A program made the translations under genes and the position numbers. Shown piece by piece: positions 58,258 through 64,000 of a stretch of 64,000 nt of DNA (its first letter is position 1; every line of letters begins with the position of its first letter). The stretch is taken from NCBI GenBank assembly GCA_963783375.1, contig CAWANH010000029.1, forward strand, positions 736,001 through 800,000. Reading direction: 5' to 3'. Under the pieces are notes generated by a model. The model worked only from the letters and a program-made list of their open reading frames with translations. It was not told the origin of the DNA and ran no database searches. Source of the DNA: Candidatus Eiseniibacteriota bacterium (lineage in GTDB: Bacteria; Eisenbacteria; RBG-16-71-46; JABDJR01).

Positions 58258-59400
58258 CTAGATGCGCCGCGCGCCGTTCGCGCGCGCCAACGCCGTCTTC
58301 ACCACGTCGTCCATGGTCGTCGCGGGCTCCACCACTCCGGCCTGGGCGAGCATTTCCCGCGCGATCTCCTCGTTGGTCCCGGTGAGGCGGACCACCACCG
58401 GCACCCGGACGTCCAGGTTCTTGAGCGCGGCGAGGATGCCCTGGGCCACGTCATCGCAGCGGGTGATCCCGCCGAAGATATTGAAGAGCACCGCCTTGAC
58501 CTGGGGATCCTCGAGAATGATCCGCATGGCGGTGGTCACCTTGTCCGGGTTCGAACTCCCCCCGATGTCGAGGAAATTGGCCGGCTCCCCGCCGTAGTGC
58601 TTGATCAGGTCCATGGTGGCCATGGCCAGTCCGGCTCCGTTCACCACGCACCCCACGCTCCCCTCCAGGGGGACGAAGGACAACCCCATCTCCCGCGCGG
58701 CGGCGGCGTGCTCGCTCTCGTCCTCCCGGAAGGCGGCCAGCCGGGGCTGGCGGTAGAGCGCGTTGTCGTCGATCACCATCTTGGCGTCCAGGGCGATCAC
58801 CTTGTCGTCGGGGGTGGTGATCAGGGGATTGATCTCCACCAGGGTGGCGTCCGAGGCCCAGAATACCTCCACCAACCGCTCGAGGATCCGCGCCATCTTG
58901 AGCGCGATGTCCTTGCGGGGCTCGATCTTCAGGGTCACCGCCCGCGCCTCGTAGGCGCGGAAGGACCCCCGCCGGTCCAGATGATACCGGTGGATCTTCT
59001 CGGGGGTGGTTCGGGCCACCTCCTCGATGTCCACTCCCCCCGCGGCGCTGGCGATGATGACCGGGCGCTTGGCCCCCCGGTCCATGGTGACCCCCAGGTA
59101 GTACTCCTTGGCGATCTCCGCCGCGGGAACCACCAGGACCTTCCGCACCGGGTAGCCCTTGATCGAGAGCTGGAGGATGGCCTCGGCCTTTTCGCGGGCC
59201 TCGTCCGCGTTCTGGGCCAACTTGACCCCGCCGGCCTTGCCCCGGCCCCCGGCGTGCACCTGGGCCTTCACTACCACCGGCCCTCCCACCTCGGAGGCGA
59301 TCTTCGCCGCGTCCTCGGGGGTGGCAGCCACCTTGCCCGCCACGATGGGAATGCCGTAGCCGGCGAATACTTCCTTGGCCTGATACTCATGGATGTTCAC
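58258..59400 (-). CDS. sucC: Succinyl-CoA synthetase beta subunit
   Basis: HEYQAK, GGRGKAGGV, NGAGLAMATMD, ANFLDIGG, NIFGGITRCD. Confidence 0.96.
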   Translation of the reverse strand: MNIHEYQAKEVFAGYGIPIVAGKVAATPEDAAKIASEVGGPVVVKAQVHAGGRGKAGGVKLAQNADEAREKAEAILQLSIKGYPVRKVLVVPAAEIAKEYYLGVTMDRGAKRPVIIASAAGGVDIEEVARTTPEKIHRYHLDRRGSFRAYEARAVTLKIEPRKDIALKMARILERLVEVFWASDATLVEINPLITTPDDKVIALDAKMVIDDNALYRQPRLAAFREDESEHAAAAREMGLSFVPLEGSVGCVVNGAGLAMATMDLIKHYGGEPANFLDIGGSSNPDKVTTAMRIILEDPQVKAVLFNIFGGITRCDDVAQGILAALKNLDVRVPVVVRLTGTNEEIAREMLAQAGVVEPATTMDDVVKTALARANGARRI

Positions 59401-60764
59401 GACTGCTTCCCCCCCCGGGCGCGCCCCGCTGAACCGTGACGCTCGAGGAACTCGTCCAGGATGTCCGCCAGTTTGGGGCTCCCGATCTCCTCCAGCTCGT
59501 ACCGTACCCGCACCGCGGGCTTGTTGAGCTCGAGCAGGCGGCCCAGGTCGATGGGAGTGGCCACCAACACCACGTCCGCTTCCACCGCGTTGATGGTCTC
59601 CTCCAGGTCCTTCATCTGCTTCTCACCGTAGCCCATGGCCGGGAGCAGGGTCCCGATCCCGGGATACTTGGCGAAGGTCTCGGCGATCTCCCCGGTCACC
59701 CACGGCCGCGGATCGACGATGGCCGCGGCTCCGAACTGGCGGGCCGCGATCACCCCGGCTCCGTACTTCATCTCACCGTGGGTGAGGGTGGGTCCGTCCT
59801 CGACCACCAACACCTTCTTACCGCGAACCGCGCCTGGATCGTCCACGAAGATCGGCGAGGCCGCGTGGATGATCCGGGCCCGGGGATTCAGCCGGGCCAC
59901 GCTCTCCTGGACGGCCAGGATATTGTCGTAGTCGGCGGTGGTCTCCTTGTTGATCACCACGACGTCGGCCAGACGGATATTGGTTTCGCCGGGGTAGTAC
60001 CGGGTCTCGTGGCCGGCCCGATGCGGATCGGCCACCACGATGGTGAGGTCGGGGCGGTAGAACGAAAAGTCGTTGTTCCCCCCGTCCCATAGGATCACGT
60101 CCGCTTCCTTCTCCGCCGCCTCGAGGATCTTCCCGTAATCCACCCCCGCGTACACCACCGTGCCGGCCCGGATGTGGGGCTCGTACTCTTCCATCTCCTC
60201 GATGGTGCAGTGCTGGAGATCCATGTCCTCCACCGACCCGAACCGCTGAACCGTCTGCTCGGCCAGGTTCCCGTAGGGCATGGGATGGCGGATGGCCACC
60301 GTCTTCAGTCCCCGCTCGACCAGGAGCTTCGCCACCTTCCGGGTGGTCTGGCTCTTCCCGGAGCCGGTGCGAACCGCGGTCACCGCGATCACCGGCTTCT
60401 TCGATTCGATCATGGTCGCCGCGGTACCCATGAGGGTGAAATTGCATCCCAGGGCGTTGACCCGCGCCGACATGTGGCCCAGGTACTCGTAGCTAACGTC
60501 GCTGTAGGCGAAGATCGCCTCCAGGGGGCCGTGTTCGGCCACCAGGTTCTCGAGTTCCGACTCGGGAACGATCGGGATCCCCTCCGGATAGAGGGGCCCG
60601 GCCAGGGACGGCGGGTACCTTCGGGTATCGATGTGCGGAATCTGGGTGGCGGTGAACGCCACCACCTCCAGGTCTTCCCGGTCCCGAAGGGCGGTGTTGA
60701 AGTTATGGAAATCGCGCCCCCCGGCGCCCAGGATGACTGTCTTTCGACGTTTTCGTTCGCTCAC
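59397..60764 (-). CDS. COG2403 P-loop protein (cyclic 2,3-diphosphoglycerate synthetase-like / arginine synthetase ArcE-like)
   Basis: GAGGRDFHNFN, AFTATQIP, AVRTGSGKSQ, RHPMPYG, EEYEPH, WDGGNND, EDGPTLTHG, LPAMGY; GTGA overlap with sucC. Confidence 0.8.
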   Translation of the reverse strand: MSERKRRKTVILGAGGRDFHNFNTALRDREDLEVVAFTATQIPHIDTRRYPPSLAGPLYPEGIPIVPESELENLVAEHGPLEAIFAYSDVSYEYLGHMSARVNALGCNFTLMGTAATMIESKKPVIAVTAVRTGSGKSQTTRKVAKLLVERGLKTVAIRHPMPYGNLAEQTVQRFGSVEDMDLQHCTIEEMEEYEPHIRAGTVVYAGVDYGKILEAAEKEADVILWDGGNNDFSFYRPDLTIVVADPHRAGHETRYYPGETNIRLADVVVINKETTADYDNILAVQESVARLNPRARIIHAASPIFVDDPGAVRGKKVLVVEDGPTLTHGEMKYGAGVIAARQFGAAAIVDPRPWVTGEIAETFAKYPGIGTLLPAMGYGEKQMKDLEETINAVEADVVLVATPIDLGRLLELNKPAVRVRYELEEIGSPKLADILDEFLERHGSAGRARGGKQS

Positions 60765-60880
60765 CTCTTCACGTCCTCCCATGCCCGCCCCGGGGAGCCT
60801 CGCCCCCGGCTCCGAACCCCGGGGGGCGGGCGCATGACAAAAAAAAAGACAGGCCGCCGGGCGACGAGTCCGAACGCCCA

Positions 60881-60910
60881 AAGCTATCAGGGGCAAGGGA
60901 ATACTGTCAA
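60881..60910 (-). promoter_or_regulatory. Sigma70 promoter upstream of the COG2403-sucCD genes
   Basis: Minus strand TTGACA-N18-TAGCTT with extended TG. Confidence 0.6.
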
Positions 60911-60963
60911 CCGAAGCGTGCGCGGATAAGCGCATTCACCCGGGCCGGGGACCCCGGCCCGGC

Positions 60964-61440
60964 CTAGGCTCCCGGCTTCCGGAGCCGGTCCACCAGGGAG
61001 GTGGTCGAGCGCCCCTCGGTGAGCGGCACCAGCTCCACCCGGCCCCCCGCCGCCTCCACCACGTCCCGGCCCACCACCTCCTCGGGACGGTAATCCGCCC
61101 CCTTCACCAACACGTCGGGCACCAGCTCGCGGATGAGCCCGAGCGGAGTGTCCTCCTCGAACACCACCACCACGTCCACCGCGGCCAGGGCGGCCAGGAC
61201 CGCGGCGCGGTCCCCGTCCGGGACCAGGGGTCGCCCGGAACCCTTCAAGCGCCGCGTCGAAGCATCGGAGTTGAGCCCCACCACCAGGAAGTCCCCCTTG
61301 GCCCGGGCCGCGGCCAGGAGATCCACGTGTCCCCGGTGGAGGAGGTCGAAGCAGCCGTTGGTGAAGACCACGGTCTTCCCCTCCCCGCGCGCGGTTTCCC
61401 GGGCCGCCCGGGCTTCCTTCCACCCCAGCACGCGCCCCAT
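60964..61440 (-). CDS. rfaE2: D-glycero-beta-D-manno-heptose 1-phosphate adenylyltransferase (HldE domain II)
   Basis: [30 protein letters not shown]. Confidence 0.93.
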   Translation of the reverse strand: MGRVLGWKEARAARETARGEGKTVVFTNGCFDLLHRGHVDLLAAARAKGDFLVVGLNSDASTRRLKGSGRPLVPDGDRAAVLAALAAVDVVVVFEEDTPLGLIRELVPDVLVKGADYRPEEVVGRDVVEAAGGRVELVPLTEGRSTTSLVDRLRKPGA

Positions 61441-62444
61441 CAGCCCTCCTCCCGCCGGAAGGAATCCCGGAGCCGGACCAGGCCGGGAACCGCCGTCCCC
61501 AGCTCCCCCACCACGATCCCCGCGGCATGGTTGGCGATGATCGCCGCCTCCCGCGGATCGGCCCCCCCGACCAGGGCCGCGGAATAGGCGCTCACCACGG
61601 TGTCCCCCGCTCCGGTCACGTCGAACACCTCGCGGGCCACGGTGGGGAAATCGGTCCTGCGCCCCCGCTCGAACAGGCTCATTCCCTTGTCCCCCCGGGT
61701 GATGAGGGCGCACTCGGCGTCCAGCCGCTCGAGGATGGTTCGTCCCGCCCGCTCCACCGCCTCTTCGTCCCGGAGCTTGAACCCCAGCACCTCCGCCGCC
61801 TCATGCTGGTTGGGGGTGATCACCGACACCCCCCGGTAGGAAAAGAAGTGGTTGTCCTTGGGGTCCACGCAAACCGGGATCCTCCGGCGACGGGCTTCGG
61901 GGAGGAGCCGGTCGAGCAGGGCCCCGGTGACCACGCCCTTCCCGTAGTCGGAGATCACTACCGCCGAGGCCTCGGAGAGGGCGGACATCACGCTCTCGGT
62001 CAGGGCGTGGGATCGCGGAGGCTCCAATTCCGCCCGGTTCTCCTGATCCGCCCGCACCACGTGCTGGCTCCGGGCCACGATACGGGTCTTGAGCGTGGTC
62101 GGACGCCCCGGGTCGACCACCAACCCCTCCACCGGCACCCCACGCGCGGTCAATTCGGTCCGCAGGAGGTCCGCGCTGGAGTCATCCCCCACCACGCCGA
62201 TGAGCCGCACCCGGCCACCGAGACTCAGCAGGTTGTGAGCCACGTTGGCCGCGCCCCCCAGGCGCACCGATTCCCGATGGACTTCGACCACCGGCACCGG
62301 GGCCTCCGGGGAGATGCGGGTCACGTTCCCCCAGAGGTACCGGTCGAGCATGACGTCGCCCAGGACCAGGATCTCGAGCCCCTGCCAGGCGGTGATGAGC
62401 TGGTCCAGACGATCGGCGTCGAGGCGGGTCCAGGTTTCGGTCAT
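61440..62444 (-). CDS. rfaE1: D-glycero-beta-D-manno-heptose-7-phosphate kinase (HldE domain I)
   Basis: [40 protein letters not shown]. Confidence 0.93.
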   Translation of the reverse strand: MTETWTRLDADRLDQLITAWQGLEILVLGDVMLDRYLWGNVTRISPEAPVPVVEVHRESVRLGGAANVAHNLLSLGGRVRLIGVVGDDSSADLLRTELTARGVPVEGLVVDPGRPTTLKTRIVARSQHVVRADQENRAELEPPRSHALTESVMSALSEASAVVISDYGKGVVTGALLDRLLPEARRRRIPVCVDPKDNHFFSYRGVSVITPNQHEAAEVLGFKLRDEEAVERAGRTILERLDAECALITRGDKGMSLFERGRRTDFPTVAREVFDVTGAGDTVVSAYSAALVGGADPREAAIIANHAAGIVVGELGTAVPGLVRLRDSFRREEG

Positions 62445-62642
62445 GTCGAGGCGCTCCTCCCGGGGGTGGAGCCGGGCCCCCATCCCCTCAAAAACCGGCG
62501 AGTGTACCAGCTCTGGCGGGCGGCCGAGGCTCCCGGAACGACGGAGTCTCCGGGACGGGCGGTCACGGGCCCCCACGACCTCATGCGACAGATTGATGAA
62601 ATGCCCCAAGCCACTGTAATATTGACGGCTATACGGACTGCA

Positions 62643-63344
62643 TCAAAGGTGGCGTTCCTCCTTGAGGCTGGTGTAGCCGTCCCCCCCCACGATGACATGG
62701 TCGAGGAGGGCGATTCCCAGGATGTCCCCGGCCTCGCGGAGCCGGCGGGTGATTCCGAGATCGTCCTCCGAGGGATCGGTCTCCCCGGAAGGATGATTGT
62801 GGACCACGATGAGGCTCGCCGCGCCGTGGCGGATAGCCGGCTCGAAGACCTCGCGGGGGTGGACGATGGACGCGTTGAGGCTTCCCACCGAGATGGTCTC
62901 CCGGACCAGGAGCCGGTTCCGGGTGTTGAGGAAGAGGCCCACGAAGTGCTCGCGCCGCTCTCCGCGGAGGTCGGCGGTGGCCTCGTAGACCTCCCGCGGC
63001 GTCCGGAGGACCGGGCGAACCGATCCCTCGGGACCGGAAAGACGGCGGGCCAGTTCCAGCGCCGCGGCCAACCTCGAGGCCTGGGAACGTCCCAGCATCC
63101 CCCACCAGGACGGCTGTTCACCCCCCAGGGTGAGGGAGCCCCATCCCGCCTCCTCGAGTACCCGGCGGGCGGCCTCTCGAGCCGGTCGACCCCGTGAGGG
63201 ACCGAGAACGAGGGTCAGGAGGTCGAGGTCGGGGAGCGCACTCCCCCCGTCCAGATAGAGGGCGCGCTCCAGGCGGGCGCGGGGAACCGGAGTCGGCCGC
63301 CGCTCGGCCACGGAGAGACCGTAGTCAATGGATTGATGCGTCAC
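62643..63344 (-). CDS. radC: RadC/JAB domain protein
   Basis: REHFVGLFLNTRN, GSLNASIVHPREVF, HNHPSGETDPSEDD, LLDHVIV. Confidence 0.93.
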   Translation of the reverse strand: MTHQSIDYGLSVAERRPTPVPRARLERALYLDGGSALPDLDLLTLVLGPSRGRPAREAARRVLEEAGWGSLTLGGEQPSWWGMLGRSQASRLAAALELARRLSGPEGSVRPVLRTPREVYEATADLRGERREHFVGLFLNTRNRLLVRETISVGSLNASIVHPREVFEPAIRHGAASLIVVHNHPSGETDPSEDDLGITRRLREAGDILGIALLDHVIVGGDGYTSLKEERHL

Positions 63345-63458
63345 GGAATCCTCCCGATGCGGGACGGGTCCGGACGGGCCTGGGGGGCGGGGATGGAACC
63401 GGGGAACCAACGCCGGGGGCGATAAGAGCGCTCGCGCCGGATCGCTCCCGGGGCCGGG

Positions 63459-63569
63459 CTACTTCTTGCGGCCCTTGCGCTGGGCCTTCTCCTCCCGGAT
63501 TTGGGCTTTCTGGCGCTCCTTGCGGCGTTTGCGGCGGCGGCGGATTTCCCGCTTGCGTTCGGATATCAT
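63459..63569 (-). CDS. 36-aa highly basic small protein (MISERKREIRRRRKRRKERQKAQIREEKAQRKGRKK)
   Basis: Manual translation; AAGGAG/GGAG SD; GC3-rich codons; 20 of 36 residues are Lys or Arg. Confidence 0.65.
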   Translation of the reverse strand: MISERKREIRRRRKRRKERQKAQIREEKAQRKGRKK

Positions 63570-63731
63570 GGCTCCACACTCCTTGGATCAAGAGACGTCG
63601 GCCGGAGCCCGCTCCGTACCGCGGGACGTCGGCCGGACGATAAGGGCTCACCGGGCGGGGAAGCCCCATTCTACCCGCCGCCGGGGGCCGCGACAAGCCG
63701 TAGTCACGTCGCCGATCGGCCCAGAGCCGGA

Positions 63732-63760
63732 TTGACGGGGCCCCCGCCCTATGCAATAAT
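63732..63760 (+). promoter_or_regulatory. Sigma70 promoter for the plus-strand gene at the window end
   Basis: TTGACG-N17-AATAAT with extended TG. Confidence 0.65.
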
Positions 63761-63886
63761 TACGGTCATTCATGAACCTTGCTACTCTACTCGAGTCGGT
63801 CCCTCCTACCAGCCTCTGATTCGGCCGGGTCCGATCGTCCGGTCGGCCGTCACCATCGATATCTGCACACTGAGGTGCTCCACGCT

Positions 63887-64000
63887 ATGCTGAAACGTCT
63901 GGGCTCTGTCCTCACCCTCTCGTTCTTCCTGGCTCCCGCCGTCGCCGGCGCGGCCGCCAACACCGTGACCCGGGTCATCGAGGTCTCTCCCGCGGACGTC
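63887..64000 (+). CDS. N-terminus of a secreted protein (partial)
   Basis: GAGG SD; MLKRLGSVLTLSFFLAPAVAGAAANTVTRVIEV... is a Sec signal peptide; runs off the window end. Confidence 0.6.
   Translation, partial: MLKRLGSVLTLSFFLAPAVAGAAANTVTRVIEVSPADV

Noticed and set aside
56857-59439. 860-aa plus-strand ORF
   Set aside because: Antisense shadow of ndk, sucD and sucC.
62643-63344. radC as a marker of a mobile element
   Set aside because: It has the longer chromosomal form, and no integrase, transposase, att site or GC shift is nearby.
1-64000. tRNA, rRNA, tmRNA, RNase P RNA, CRISPR arrays, IS elements
   Set aside because: No diagnostic motifs or regular repeat-spacer patterns were seen by eye in the intergenic regions; tRNAscan-SE and Infernal runs would confirm.

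Overview
High-GC bacterial chromosomal window, almost all on the minus strand. SprA, DUF4837-like, FadL-like and animal-type glutaminyl cyclase-like genes suggest an FCB-group organism, possibly a candidate phylum such as Eisenbacteria, Krumholzibacteriota or Latescibacterota (inference). From low to high coordinates: (1) a surface-polysaccharide locus at 1-14.2 kb (Wza, Wzz/GumC, BY-kinase, GT2, pol-beta nucleotidyltransferase, alkaline-phosphatase-fold enzyme, Wzx, UPF0104, two GT-C-type membrane proteins, priming transferase); (2) rimP-nusA-infB-DUF503-rbfA-truB-ribF-rpsO-pnp-M16-dut-DUF3108-DHS-like; (3) sprA coupled to an M28 glutaminyl-cyclase-like lipoprotein; (4) lptF-lptG-thiE on the plus strand; (5) ECF sigma, zinc anti-sigma, an HtrA homologue lacking its catalytic triad, a DUF4837-like lipoprotein, aroB, accB, pilT, accC, comB; (6) a heavily frameshifted CxxCH lipoprotein plus FadL-like gene; (7) yceD-rpmF-plsX-fabH-fabD-fabG-acpP-fabF-rnc; (8) COG2403/ArcE-like-sucC-sucD-ndk, rfaE1/rfaE2, radC and a 36-aa basic peptide. 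nusA, sprA and lptF each break at a 7-nt G/C run where 8 nt would restore the frame, probably a consensus error. I saw no tRNA, rRNA, CRISPR array or mobile element. The best candidates for undescribed systems are the ECF/anti-sigma/pseudo-HtrA module, the NTase plus AP-fold pair inside the polysaccharide locus, and the sprA-QC coupling. All family calls come from motif recognition, not database searches.
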